This document shows, piece after piece, positions 38,093-51,779 of a DNA stretch of 64,000 nucleotides. The stretch lies in the NCBI RefSeq assembly GCF_009914755.1, contig NC_060926.1; one strand, written 5' to 3'. The translations under genes and the position numbers were made by a program. Within the stretch, counting starts at the first letter, position 1. Each line of letters starts with the position of its first letter. Below the pieces are notes generated by a model. It ran no database searches and was not told the DNA's origin. It was given only the letters and a program-made list of their open reading frames with translations. This DNA is from the human T2T-CHM13v2.0 reference genome, Homo sapiens.

Positions 38093-38289
38093 AGCAAAGG
38101 AGCTTGGAATACACAGAGCTTTGACTTACCTTTGGGGAGATTCCAGGGGATCTTGGTCTCATGACTGTTTACTTTCTTTTGGATAGGGAAGAAGCCATGG
38201 GCTTAGACCATTCTTTCATGAAACAAGATAAATGGGAAGCCCAACATCAATTTAATATGCCTTAGGGAAGAGGGAAAAAGGTTTCAGAT

Positions 38290-38510
38290 AGAACTTGCTT
38301 GAAGCCTGGGTTTGCTGCCTGTTAGCTGTTTGTCTTTGAGCACATCACATAGTATCTCTGGATGTATTTCATAGCTTACATTTTACCAGAGTTCATTGGT
38401 AAAATGCAAATAATTATATTAATATCTACACATCAGAGGGAGTTGTGAATATTCAATTATATAACTTAGGGAAATGCCCAGAATAGTGTTGACATGTTTT
38501 CAGCTACTAA
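38290..38510 (+). mobile_element. MIR
   Basis: CTGCCTGTTAGCTGTTTGTCTTTGAGCACATCAC...GTAAAATG...GAGTTGTGAATATTCAAT. Confidence 0.6.
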
Positions 38511-40177
38511 CATTTTCTTTTTCTTCTTTTCTTCCCTTTTGATAAACAGGAGAAAGAGCAAATGAGAGGCAGTTGCACTTTTTCAGGTGTCAGGCTGGAG
38601 GAAGCCACTTGAAGATGAATCTACCTCTGCCTTAGGATTGCCTGATGGCCTGTGCCATTCCATGTTATATCTACTGATTTGCTCCCTGTATTCAAAGATT
38701 TTTTTTTTTTTTACTTAATTCTCTCTTACTGACCCTGAGAGTGACCATATTTTTAACCAATTTGGTCTTCAGCCTCAAAACTTAGCTCTTTCCTTTTGTG
38801 GTCCCCGAATCCTATCACGTGTCATGGTGGCTGTGAAGATGTTTGCCAAGCCTGCTGAGAAGGCTCATCTGTGGCATCCAAAAGCAGAGATTTCAACTCT
38901 GGACCCCTGTGACCTGCCTTTGTAATTATGGATACCCAGCACTGTTTTGAAATATCAGTGGACATCCAGTTTTTAAAAGCCCTCAGAGCTTTGGGAGACA
39001 CCCCTTTATCTCTCTGGCATGTCAGAGAACCGATTCAACCCTTCTCATCTCCTCCTCCTTCCCTCTCTTGGGCCATCAGGATGCGGCAGCAACTCACTGT
39101 GCATGTTTTTACAGCTCTTCTCCAGTAATGCTGCCATTTCCACTGCAGACCACAGGATAAAAGGACCGCTTCACCGTGGCCCAGGATACCCTTTTAAGTA
39201 GGAGGTAACTATTCAGTTTCGTAGTGGCCCATACATAAACTTGATTATGTTCTTCGTTGCTCCAATATACTATTTGTGTGTTTTGTTTTTTCCAGAGGGA
39301 GAAGAAAGTACTGCTTTGATCTAAAATTAAGCAAACGTTCTTCAATAAACCCACCATGAGACTTGACCACTAATGGTGACCAGCAGTGGCTTTGTCATGG
39401 CCCTGCCCACTGGGGGCAGGCACATGCTGGGGCCAGGGCAGGCTGCCAGCTGGTGAGCACGAATAGGTGGCTGGTGGAGCGCATGCAGTGGGAAGGGCAG
39501 ATGGCTCCATTTTGATTTGTTAGCAGGCCACTTCCTCGGAAGGGGCTTTCCCTTCAGTGGGGTCTGCACCGCCAGCCTCAGCTGTCTTGGAGCAGATGTG
39601 TATAGTTAGAGATGGGGACCTTTTCACTGTAAATACTGCTCACATGTTCCTAGGCTGACTTTACTATGTGCAGAGCCTCTTCTCAAATATCCAAATCCCC
39701 TCTGTTGGGTACTACAGAACAGATGTTACCCTGCCTCCTATTACATTAATTTACGAACTTTACATATGCTGAGTTACGGACCCTAAGCTGTTGCATGTGC
39801 TTGGCTCTTATGTTCCAAAAAGTACATTTGTATGGTTTTGTGGAAACTGTGCTGTTCTGCTTTTGCAGTCTGTGAGATTCTGATTTTTTTTTTCTCATCA
39901 GCAATTATCCTTGTCTTGGAACATCAGAGCTTGAAGAAAGGGATTCTAGCAGCCCACCTCTCTCCTTCCTAATCCAGATGGTTAGAGGCTTAGAGAGAGG
40001 TGGTGGTTGCTCTGAGTTTACCAGATTCAGTGACAAACCCCTTCTAATTTCTAATCAATCTGGCAGCCTTCATTTACCAAAAGTTGACTTTTGATAGTAT
40101 AACTTTTATACACCGTGAGACAACTTATTTTAAAAAACAGTTTAGAAATATTTAATTTTTTTTGAAAGACTTTTTAA

Positions 40178-40458
40178 GGTCAGGCACCATGGGTCATGCC
40201 TATCATCTCAACGCTTTGAGGACTGAAGTGGGAGGATCATTTGAGGCCAAGATTTCAAGATCAGCTTGGGCAACATAGTGAGACTCTGTCTCTAAAAAAT
40301 TAAAAAAAAAAATAGCCAGGTGTGGTGGCGCATGCCTGTAGTCCCAGCTACTTCGGAGGCTGAAGTGGGAGGATCCATTGAGCCTAAGAGATGGCGATTG
40401 AGTAAGCCATGATTGCACCACTGCACTCCAGCCTGGACGACAGAGATGTCAGAAAAAA
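40178..40458 (+). mobile_element. AluJ-like element
   Basis: Diverged dimer with J-type GGGAGGATC in both arms; short tail. Confidence 0.9.
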
Positions 40459-40459
40459 A

Positions 40460-40552
40460 TTAGTTTTTTTATTATTAGTTTATAATAATATTATTTTAAT
40501 ATTAATATTATTTAATAATTTCATATTATTTATTATTATTAGTTTTATTATT
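40460..40552. repeat. AT-rich low-complexity tract
   Basis: TTA/TAA-rich run next to the Alu tail. Confidence 0.8.
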
Positions 40553-40910
40553 AGCAAAACTGAGTGGAAGGCACAGAGATTTTCCATATTCTTCCTGCCT
40601 CTCCAACAAACATGTCTCCCTCATTATCAACATTTCTTCCCAGAGTGGTACACTTTTTATAATTGATGATCCTACACTGACACATCATCATCACAATGAG
40701 TTCATAGTTGACGCCAGGGTTCACTCTTGGTGTTGTACATTCCAGGCATTTGGACAAATGTATAATGACATGACTCCACCATTTTAGTATCATACAGACG
40801 AGTTTCACTGCCCTAAAATCCTCTGTGCTCCACTGATACTTACTCCTTCATCCCCTTGCTCCCTCAGCCCCTGACAACCACTGATCTTTTTATTGTCTCC
40901 ATAGTTTGGT
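40553..40910 (-). mobile_element. L1MC1-like 3'UTR
   Basis: AGCAAAACTGAGTGGAAGG...GGGTTCACTCTTGGTGTTGTACATTC...AGTTTCACTGCCCTAAAATCCTCTGTGCTCC. Confidence 0.85.
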
Positions 40911-41454
40911 CTTATTTAATATTTTTTGAGGTTGCACTGTTGCCCCAGGACATCGTATGAGTAGAGGGTTAACCACCTTAGCCAAGAGTAATTTGGTCTG
41001 GTGAGTTCTCCACCTTCAGGACAAAAGCATTTCAGAACCATCCTAACAATAGTGTTCCCATAAGTAACCAGACACTGTTTGTATCCATAGCAACATGGCT
41101 CCATGAGCCCTGCTTCCGAGGAGCAGCTGCCCTTCCTGGGCACTGTCAAGAGTTGTTCTTCTCTGACATCCACACCCTTCTTTACCTGGCACATACCCCA
41201 GCCCAGGCACCAGGCATCCAGGGCCTTCTATGGCTGTCCGGATGCATTCCTTCACAGCTGGAATGTGGTTGGCTTGTTGACTTCTGTTCCCAGCAGAGTG
41301 AACAGTGGGCACTATAAGCCAGTAGGCACTCAATTGATGATTCTTCAATGAAATAATTGATGCCACTTTTAGGTCAGTCTTTCTTGTACGTTACACCTTC
41401 TGTTGTTCAACAGAGCCCCACAATATCCCAGAACTTGGAGGTCTTATCTCGGGG

Positions 41455-41610
41455 TTTCTCAGATGTTGGAGTACCCAGGTATCACCTGCTGAGCCAGTTT
41501 CCCTGGCCTCACCTGCAGGGGCTCTGAGTCAGTAAATCTGGGGCAGGCCCAGTACTTTGCATGTGAGCACAGACCCAGGTGTTTCTGAACCTGGTGGTCC
41601 AGGGACTGCT
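41455..41610. mobile_element. MER5A-like fragment
   Basis: TCTGAGTCAGTAAATCTGGGGCAGGCCC...TTTGCAT...CCCAGGTG...CTGGTGGTCC. Confidence 0.6.
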
Positions 41611-42947
41611 GCAGGAAGGAGCCAATAGGACTGCATGCCTTACAGGCAGTGGGTCTCATCCATCCCTATCTATGGCACTGACTACAGGCCATGTCCAGGC
41701 CACATGGGCACATGCTATTATAATTATTTTGTGCGATGGATGAGTTACAGAACTGGAGCCCTAAGACCTGAGTTCTAGTTTCAGCTCTGCCAGTTGCTGG
41801 CTGATTGAAACTGAACAAGCCACCTGCCTTCCCTGAGACTGTCTCTTCTCCTGTGAAATTAGGGCATTAGAATACATGAAGACCCCTTTATGTCCTTAAT
41901 AACCTGTAAGTTTAAGAACCTAGGGAATCTCCATGCTGGTGGCTGCGGTTATATCCCCTTATCCTCAACTCGTGAAGAAAGAGTCAAAAATGGCAGCAGG
42001 GTTGTGTCAACTGCTCTCCTCAGCAGCTATCATAAGGGAATTGCCTTTGTCATTTTCCCCAGCCATCACCACACTCCCACACGGCCACCATCACCTAAAC
42101 CATCTGGCAGTGGGGGTTACCTCCTAAATCTAAGACGCAGAGACCCACCGCAGGCCTTTCTTTCTGGCTGCCCTCCACTCCCACCCAGAGGCTCAGTTTT
42201 GCTGGGCTGCACACCTCCGAGGACTCAGTTCTTTGTGTTTCATGTTGTTTCATATCCACTAGTGTTACAGAAACTGCTGCAAACCAGGGACCAAAAGTCC
42301 ATAGGTTCTAATTCTAGCTGTGACACTAGTGAGATGAGTGACTGCTGGCAAGTTACTTTATCTATCTGACCTCACCTCCCATGTACAAAATTGGGTCTGT
42401 ATGCACATTTGTGGTTCTAAATCCTGGAGTCCAAATCAGAGTTCTTTGTGCAAAATATACGTAGCTAGGTCCTAACCTCGGAGATCCTGACTCAGTCTAG
42501 GGAAAGGCGCAGATCTTGGGGAGAAAACAACTCTCTAGAAGAGTCTCGCCTTCAGTGAGTGACAAGATCTCTCCTGTCTCTCGGTTCACAATGTTACCCT
42601 AACTAATCCATCCTCTGATGTCACCTGCTAACAACTTCCCCTGTGGCATCAAACCAGTAGCCCATTTGCAGCTAGTACAAACACTTCTTTACATTTAAGT
42701 TTTGTTTACGAGATTTAGCCTACAATCATAGAGGCTGCCAGCTGGGTTTCAAATGTGTATGTTCCATTGCTAATAGGAAAAACTGCATCTATTAGAAAAA
42801 TTCTCTCTGGGAGCTGAGCACAGAGGCAGGCCTTGTATTGCAAACATTTGAAAAGCCATAAGCAGGTATTCTGGACTGTGTTTTAGATCACCTGAGAACA
42901 TTTCTTGAACACTAGTATTTGCTTAGAGTGACAAACCTATTAAGTGG

Positions 42948-42962
42948 TTCTTTCAGGTAAGT
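42948..42962 (+). other. Juxtaposed 3'/5' splice motif TTCTTTCAG|GTAAGT
   Basis: AG at 42955-42956 directly followed by a perfect donor hexamer; usage unknown. Confidence 0.35.
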
Positions 42963-43259
42963 TTGCATCCAAGCAATGTCGTCTGAATCGCAGGAGGAAG
43001 CCAGGAGTTGTGTCTGGCTTTCTGGCCATACAAATGGCATATGGGAAAGTCATTGTATATTATTAATATCCTTTGATGTATATTATTATGACTTTCTCAC
43101 GGTAGTAATGTTGTTGGTTTTTATTAATGTTATTTTTATAGCAATGCTAATATTATGAGCTAAAAGTTTCTGAGCATCTGCTGGGTGCCAAAAATTCTTA
43201 TAAATGCTTTACATGCATTAGCTCCTAACAACACTTTGAAGTAATTCTTATTGTCCTTA

Positions 43260-43637
<378 letters not shown>

Positions 43638-43921
43638 CTATATGAGCTGGAATCTGAGTCAAGGCTGGGCTGGTGAAAGGAGTTCACTCAAGTTCCCAAG
43701 GTATTCTGTCCTCCAGGACTCTGAATCACCTGGGAGGAGAAGGAATTGTGGCGGGCCTAACACCTTTTCTTTCCCAAACACCAAGAGCAGGTTCTTTCTG
43801 TTACATCCATTGAGGTCACATTCTTGAAGTGCATTTTGAGAAAGTCATTATTTTCGCTACAGCAGGGACTGATGTATCAGTCTATTAGAATTCAGAAAAA
43901 AGTAAGCAAACAAAAAACGTG

Positions 43922-44183
43922 TTGGAATTATTCTCTTCTAGCATTTTGAAAGGTACAATGGTTAATGTTAACTATAGCCACCATGATGTATTGAAGACCA
44001 GGTCTTATTCTTTTTATCTAACTGTACATTTGTACCCATTAACCTAATGCTCATAGCATCAAGAAAAGATCAATATTTAAGGTGACAAATATCCCAATTA
44101 TGCTGATTTGATTATATGAATGTGTTGAATTATCATATGTACTCCCAAAATATGCACATCTAAGATGTATCAATAAAAATAAA
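43922..44183. mobile_element. 5'-inverted short L1MA (L1MA5-like) insertion
   Basis: 43922-44044 is antisense L1MA 3'UTR; 44045-44183 is the adjacent sense 3' terminus with AATAAA at 44172-44177. Confidence 0.8.
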
Positions 44184-44769
44184 GACAAAAATTAAAGCTT
44201 TTACAGTAGAAAAAAGGTTTTAGAGAAATTATGATTACTTGATTCACCTAAACTGACAGTCTTGCTTGGAATGAATTACTGCTTTTTGTAACATAGTTTT
44301 AGAAGAGAGATTCACATTTAATGTTACTTTGTGCTAAGCACTGTAATCCATGCCTGGGTGCTCACAGCGCTCCTCTGGGACCAGGCATCACCATCTCCTC
44401 TGTAAAAGGAAGGTCAGCCTGTTGCCAAGACCACAGGATAAACGGCTTGGCTGATTTAGGAAACCCAGTTGGTCTTATGACAAAACATGCGCATTTGCCC
44501 TTCACCAGGTGATTTTTCTGTAGGGTTATCTTCAACAGTCCGACAAAGCTGTGTTCCACCAGCTCAGGCAAGCTGTGACCAGGATCACCAGCCATGTGGC
44601 ATCAGGAAGAAGGGGCTGTGTGGCCAGGCTCAATCTCTGGTCCTGCAGCCTTCTGCCTTTGGCTTTCTGAAGCGAGCTGAACTAGAGATTGGGCCCAGCT
44701 CGGCAGCGCAGTTTCAGGAGAGCCAGGATACAAACCATCCCAGTCTCTGTTCCCACAAAGGAGAAGCTA

Positions 44770-44990
44770 AACCATTTTTTATTTGCCCATTCTAAGTGCT
44801 AAGTGATATGCAACTGCTTCACATAAGCCTTCCAGCCTTCCAGCCGACTCTGCTTTCAGGAGATATCCTTATGTCCCTTTTGCATGGCTTAGGAGAGTGA
44901 AGCACGTGAGAATTGAACGAGGGGTCAAGGGTCACATAACACATGAGCACGAAACCGGGACTCTCCTGGGGTATCAGACCCCAAAGCCAG
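44770..44990 (-). mobile_element. MIR
   Basis: Diverged antisense MIR (CAAGGGTCACATAAC...CCGGGACTC...CAGACCCCAAAGCC). Confidence 0.5.
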
Positions 44991-47900
44991 TGGTCTGCGC
45001 TTGATCTTTGCTAACGTCCGAGAAGCAATAAGTCCAGGGCTCTTGACACATTATTGTGCATTTTACTTTGGGAGGGACTGTGGGTCCACTCTGCTTTTAA
45101 CAGGAGGAAATTAAATATTTACATTTGATTCCAGTTTGGCCCCATGACTGTCCGGCTTGTTTCCTGTCAAAGGCCCAAATTCCCTGTTTTAAAGTAGAGG
45201 GTGAATTTGTGTAATGAGGATGGATCGGGCACGTGTAGAACACACTCTTTCACCTGCAGATTCACACTCCAAACACAAAGAAATACTGGATCATATATGG
45301 TATATTTTAAAAGATGCCATAGGCATACTTAAAAAGCACAACAGAATTCTATTTTCTCACGTCAGAGGGCAGAGTCTTATGAGCTATTGAGAGGAAAACT
45401 GTATCTTAGGGGTTGAGAGCCTAACGTCTGCTTGGGGGTGTTTGTGGCCCTGGCAGCTGTTGTGTGCAGTGCACATTAGAACTGAGCAGCTTTATAAAGC
45501 CAGGAACAAGGGTAGAGTCCCTGTGTCTCTGAATAGAAATTAGCGATGCTTAGCCTTCTGTACCAAGGAATGCATCACAAAAGCTAATGCTGGGACTGGG
45601 CCTGGTGTGGGATAGGAGTCACACAGAGGAGTCAGAACGCCAACTGTGGCTGGTGTAAGGGGCCTCCATTCACACTGTCTTTGCTGTTTGGAAAATCTGA
45701 GCAAGAATTTAAGGTAAAAGCTGATGTGGAACAGCTTGCAACCCAAAAGTCTCAAGCCCAGCATAAAAATCATTGCTCCAGTGAAGATGCCTGCAGAGCT
45801 CAAGGCATTTCTGAGACTCCATGGGAGAATGATTCCTAAGGAAGGTGTGCCCCCAGCACCTGTGGAGACTCATCACCTTGAGGGCAAACAGACTCTGTAA
45901 AAGGAGAATTCACCTCTAAGGAGCTGCAGACAATAGAGGGATTAAAATGGGCCTTTGATCATTCAAAAAGCATTTTAAAGGAAAAAATAAAGTAACATAA
46001 TCCAAATTCCAACAGGAGACTTGAAAAAGAAGGTAATAACAAAATGGAAAATAAAGTCACTGAAATAAAGCAAGTGAGTTGGACTATGAATGTCTCCTGT
46101 CCATTAGCTGTGTCCCCGGCTGCAAGGTCCATGGGGACTGTGCCTCCCTTGACCTTGAATCTCAATGCCTTAGCAAAGTGCCTGGTTCTGGGTAGGTTCA
46201 CAGTACACATGTACCTCCCAAATGGATGGATTGCCAACTTAAATGTTCATAGGAAGGTGCTATTTTCAGGCACTTCAGGTGTGGACATCGGTGTTGTCAG
46301 ATCTTTTCTGTTCTAGCCAGGCATTGTGGACATCACCTTACTATGTGAGGGAACAAGCTGCATTGGTGGAGAGGAAACCAGCAGGAGCACAATAGTGACC
46401 CATTTCTCTTGTCTTATGCACTGCAGTGGAAATAGCCCAGTGTGCATGGTGGATTTTATTATGGTGCCAGTAGAAAGATAGGGGGTTTCCTCTATGAGCT
46501 GGCTGACTTACATGAGCTCATTCTCTGCAGCATTTCTCTAGCCATCTCCTGTCACATCGTTTATTGTGTTCACTAGTCCTGTGCTAACGAGGATCTTTGA
46601 AAAATGACTGGTATGGTAATGATCTACGGAACTTACTGTAGATAGCAATTAAATATCGTTAACGGCGGGTTACGCTGACACATTAAAAGGCCTACAGGCT
46701 GCGATTTATGAAGACAGCTCTGCTGCCTCCTTTGTATGTGATGCATTTCTCTGGTTTCGGCTTAGGCTGTCTGGTCTCAGAAGGGAATGATTTCCAGGCT
46801 TTCCCCATCATCACTCCAGTTGCCAGGCCACCCACAATCACATTAGCAAGCTTTATTGTCCCTATTGCACCTCCTAATGCCCTCAGGGTGCTTGAGGTAG
46901 CTTTTATCAAGGTAAGGCCTAGGTCAACATTTTGTTGTGCAGAAAAGGCATCTGCTTTCAGAGGAGAAAATTTAGATACAATATTGAGGTGAATCTTATA
47001 AGTGATGTAAGATAATTTGATGACAAGAATTGAGATTATATGCTGAGATCTTACTGTCTTAAACTTTGTTGATTTCTGAAAATAATAGAAATGCAATCCT
47101 AGCTAAAGGAAGAGAAGTAGTCTAGCTCACCAGTGGCCAGCAAACTCTGTAAAGAAGTATTGCCTTCATGCAGCAATCTCACCTAATATGAGACTCCAGA
47201 TAGAAGATAGCTCCTGAGAAGTCAAAACACAAACCAATATCATGTAAATTACTCTCACGTGAAAAATAGACAAGAGATAACCAACCCAGTCCCAACCGTC
47301 TCACACCCCCACTGGCCTCCTGCACTCATGGATGCCACATTCTTCAACATTTGTACTTCTGTTAACAGAGTTAAAGTAGAGCAAACATAGGCTCTTTTAC
47401 CAAGAGCGTATGGACTAAATACAGATGCAATGCTAATAACCACATAGGAAAAACAAGATCCTGAGACACTGTTATGTTTTTCTCCCTCTTTTGTGGCCAA
47501 GAGTGTGTGCTCTCTTGCCTTTGTAGATTTTGCTCACGTTTTTGGGTGATAGGACCAAAAGCAGTAGTGTCTAGGCCACTAGGAGACAAGGCAAACCATT
47601 ATCTGTGAAAGCCTGGGTTTTCTGAGAGGAAGCATGCTGGACACTGCCAGTAGAGGGAGAAGTCATGGTGTGAAGTTTTCCATGATGAGAGATAAGGACA
47701 GCTAGGGCATGGGGATGCAGAGGATGTTCTTGTTGTTGATGGTGTTGTGGAGGTTGTACCCCAAGTCTCTGGGATAAGACAGCCCCATGCACATAGAGGT
47801 CATGAAAAATGTGAGGACCCTGGACACTGAGTGTCACGGCTTTGGGGACAGTGATGACATGTCCCTGTGTCCAAACAGCTCAGTCAGCTTATCTAAAAGG

Positions 47901-49559
47901 GATGGAGAGTACTTCTGTGGGAACAGTTGGAGCTGAAGAACAGAGAACATTTCCTTTGATGTTTGGACTCTACGGAATCTTTGGGAATTGTGTTCAAGTC
48001 CAGGAGGAATGGCTGAAAACATGATTGAGATAAATTTGCAGCCAGGAGGTTGAAGACAAATTAGGATCTGATTTTATTCAACTGGGAGTAACCATGGCCA
48101 AGCATAATTCTTCTGGTGGATTCTGAAGTTATTTGGAATTTGCCCATAAGATGAATTTTCCTGAAGAAGGAAGGATGTGGAGGCTGATACTGAGGCCCCA
48201 TTTCCACATGTGAACTTCTAAGAAACCACAGCTTTCATCCAGAGTGGAGATGAATGGCACTGGGGTCCACGTTGCCAGAATGCCTGGGGACAAGGAATGA
48301 GGACTTGTCACCCAAGGCACGAGATCCATAGTGGCTACGGGAATGAAGCCACTGCCTTTGTGGAAATGACTAATTCACCCAAATCCAAGGTGTTTTCCAC
48401 AACTGAGAGGCCTGGGCTGAGGATAGAGATTTGAGCCTTAACTGAGACATCCTACTGGGAAGTTGCATCAGTGGTCAGTATCTGAGGCCACAGAAAATGT
48501 CACATGATGGTGTGTCACAGGGCTCCACATTTAGGACATTTGTGTACTCAAAGAGAATCTTTGACGACCATGACTCAGAGAAATTTTTAATGACTTAAAA
48601 CAGGTTTTGGATCATGTTGATGATGACAGATGGTGCAAGCCACCTACCTAAATCCCTCTGGGGAGGGGTGGTATTTCTGCATTGTTCTCAGAGCAGAAAT
48701 GTGACATGGATGTGGAGGCTCTGGACAGTGAGATGTGAAGCTGGAGGCATGGCTTGGCCTCCCTAGAATGGGTGTGGCCAGGGCAAAGCTGGGACATCCT
48801 CAACCCAAAGGTTTGCATAACTGGATTTGAACTCCTTATAGATATTCCTAACCAGTGGTGATACGGAAGGGAGAGGAGGAGGAAAAAAGGATGGCTCTTC
48901 ATCAAGAGCAAAAGCAAGAGATTCAGATAGGAGATTTCACTTGGCTTTTCTAGTCTTGGGTGGGGACCCATTATGGAAGTGAAGAGCTCTGGAATCTTCC
49001 AGAGAAACAAGCATGGGTATCCTTTAACAGGTCCCAGATAGCCAGTTACCGCAGAACAATGTCCTGTTACCAGAAGCTTATTGCAGACCTTGTAACCTGA
49101 ATCATTGTGTTGGCCCAGGGCACACCCAGGAGGGTGGCTTGGGAAGGAGATTCCAGGCTGAGGTAAATACCGACATCTGATTTCCTGACATTGAGTAGGA
49201 AAGCATTTCAGAGACAAGCTCCAAGAGCTTTGGAAAGGGGAACATTCACCCACTTCCCACAATTTATAAGGGGGCTGGCAGTGGTTGTTTTGGGGAGGAT
49301 AATAATGGGGAAAGAGAACGGGGTATGTTATGGCACACAGAACCAAAAATGAAGATTCCTAAGTAGTAATCTATTAGTGAGGGAATTCTTGGGCAATTTC
49401 AAAAAACTCAAAACGTGTTACAGAGAGGAGCCCCTTGGACTTTGTAGGAGACTCGTTTGTCTATCTGGCCCCAAGGCCCAGAAGTAGCTGACAAAGAGAC
49501 CCAGTTGTCCCCTGGATGCCAAACTTGGGGAGAGAATGGTCCTGGGTGGCAGCCCCTCC

Positions 49560-49850
49560 CCATCCAGCCTCAGTCAGAGCTCTCCAGCAAGTCAGCCTGC
49601 AGGTAGCTATGGAGTTGCAGTGTAGTCCTGTTATTAATGGCTTTCTGCTTTGGCTGGATTTCAGACATAAAGAAGAGAAGAAGGAAAGGTCTGGGTGATC
49701 TGCCTCTTCTGATAACACTAAAGTTGCACACATCACCTCAGCTCATATTTGATGGGCTGGGACTTAGTCACTAAGCCACACCCATCTGCAAAAGTGCTGG
49801 AAAGCGTTGCACTCTCTGATGACCACATGCCCAGCTAAATATTGAGGTCA
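49560..49850. mobile_element. MLT1 (MaLR) LTR fragment
   Basis: AAGTTGCACACATCAC...ACTTAGTCACTAAGCCACACCCATCTGCAAAAGTGCTGG...CATGCCCAGCTAAA. Confidence 0.6.
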
Positions 49851-50985
49851 TATATTCCTATATAATAAGACATAAGCAAAGTGCAGTCACTGAGAATCAC
49901 TAGCAGTTTACACCACGAGTATCTTCACAGCCCAGAAAAGACACTGGGTTGAGTTAAAATGAAAACTGGAATAAATACAATGAGAAGATAGAAAGCCTGC
50001 TGAGAACACTGGGGTACTTGAGTGGAACTTTAAACAGTGTCTTTGCTAATGTGTATGGTAACTGTTCAGATTGTCTGTTTCTTTAAGCTAATTGTTTTCT
50101 GATTGTTGAAGCAATAATAACTCATATCTTGCTTGAGAAAAAATTAAAAAGTATGAAAAATCAAATATAATTATCACACTACCAAGAGGTATTACTGCTT
50201 CCGTGTTGATATGTATTCTTCTTGTATTTTCTACAGATACGCACCCACACAGACACTTTCATGTTTATAATAGAATTCGAATGTATATATTTATATCTTA
50301 TAACTGGATTTCTTTCATTGAAATAATTTGATCAGGTATCTTTTCTCTTGGATGCGTCCTAACAGTTCTTTCTTTCTCTGATAGAGCCAGATCAAGGAAA
50401 GAGACAGGAAAGCAGATGATTGTACCTGCCTTCCCTAAGTGCACTCGGGAAGAGAAGGATCATCTCAAAAAGGGTTAAGGAATGAGATCATGGAAATCAC
50501 TTACACACGCGGTCGCGGCTTGGACTTGGCTAGTGAGGCCGGCCTGCCCACTCTGCTTCCATTCACTCAGACACAGCTTGGGCTTTTCCTCCAAGTGCTG
50601 GTAGCAGTCATTTATGAGGGAGGAAAGGAGCAGAATAAACACACTTCTCAGCTCCCAGGCACTCTGTGTGTGTAGACAGAGGCTCGGGTGGATGAGAAAC
50701 CTCAGCACACCCATGATCTTTGTCAAGGCTGGAGACTTGCAGTGCACACTCCAGGCCTGTGGAAATGGTTCCACCTGGGTCCCTCTATTGCTCCTCAGCT
50801 GCCACATTAGGGCACCTCGCCCAAGTCCACGTGTGGGATGTGCCTGCCTGTGGCCCACCTAACGTATGCAGTCTGTCTGGAGTGCCAGGCACAGGCTCCT
50901 CACGTGGGCTTCAGCTGGAATTGAAAACTGCATTTCTCAAGGTCAGCTTTTCCTTGCCCCACAGGCTAGCTTTAGTAACTAGCAA

Positions 50986-51035
50986 TGTGTGTGCACGTGT
51001 GTGCGTGTGTCTATGTGCGCACACGTGTGTGTGTG
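50986..51035. repeat. Imperfect (TG)n / alternating purine-pyrimidine tract
   Basis: Direct read. Confidence 0.85.
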
Positions 51036-51157
51036 TTAAGTGAGTGGGAGAAAGGAAGGGGAGGGGAGACCCAGCTATATAAGCACGTTATTTATTCCCA
51101 AGTCTGTCCTAGTTAGGAAAATATTCCCTAGGATCTCAGTATGAATTAACATTCTTT

Positions 51158-51160
<3 letters not shown>

Positions 51161-51205
<45 letters not shown>
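51161..51205. repeat. (CA)22 microsatellite
   Basis: Perfect run. Confidence 0.98.
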
Positions 51206-51207
<2 letters not shown>

Positions 51208-51779
51208 CTCGTGCTCTCCTTCTCCTCCTCCTGACATGATGGACGGCAGGCGCAGCCCAGGGGCCCGCAGGTCACGCTGTGTCCACGAATCCCTCTGGGG
51301 GCTCTTCTTTCCCTGGGTCCTCCATGAAGGTCTGAAACAGCCCGGACCCTGCTCCCCATTTCTTCCCAGCTCAACCTGCACCTCCCCCGGCTTCAGGCGC
51401 TGAAGGAGGCAGGGTTCTTCTTTGTTAAGGATCCAGAGGGCAGGCACCGAGGGTGCTGGAAGGGCTGAAGGGGGTGGAGGGAGAAGCCACCCTGCCACAC
51501 AGGCTCCCGTCGGCCCCAGCAAGAGCCTCCCCAGCTGCCGGCAGCATCCTGTGATCCCCGGAGAGATTTTTCATGAGGGCTGTATATTTGGAGAGAGAGA
51601 GGAAAAGGCAGCTAGCCCAGGGAGGAAGCAACCCCACACGAATAGCGGCTGCATCATAAATATTTCTAGATAGCAAATAGCCCATTAAAAGCCCACATTG
51701 TAATGCCTTGGAGGGGGGCTGCCTTTCCCTGCAATACCCCGGGACCGTCGGTAAAGCAGGCTTTGTCATCGTCTGCGTT

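Noticed and set aside
48648-49346. Longest ORF (232 aa, minus strand)
   Set aside because: No recognisable domain, non-ATG start, random-like composition and no supporting exon structure
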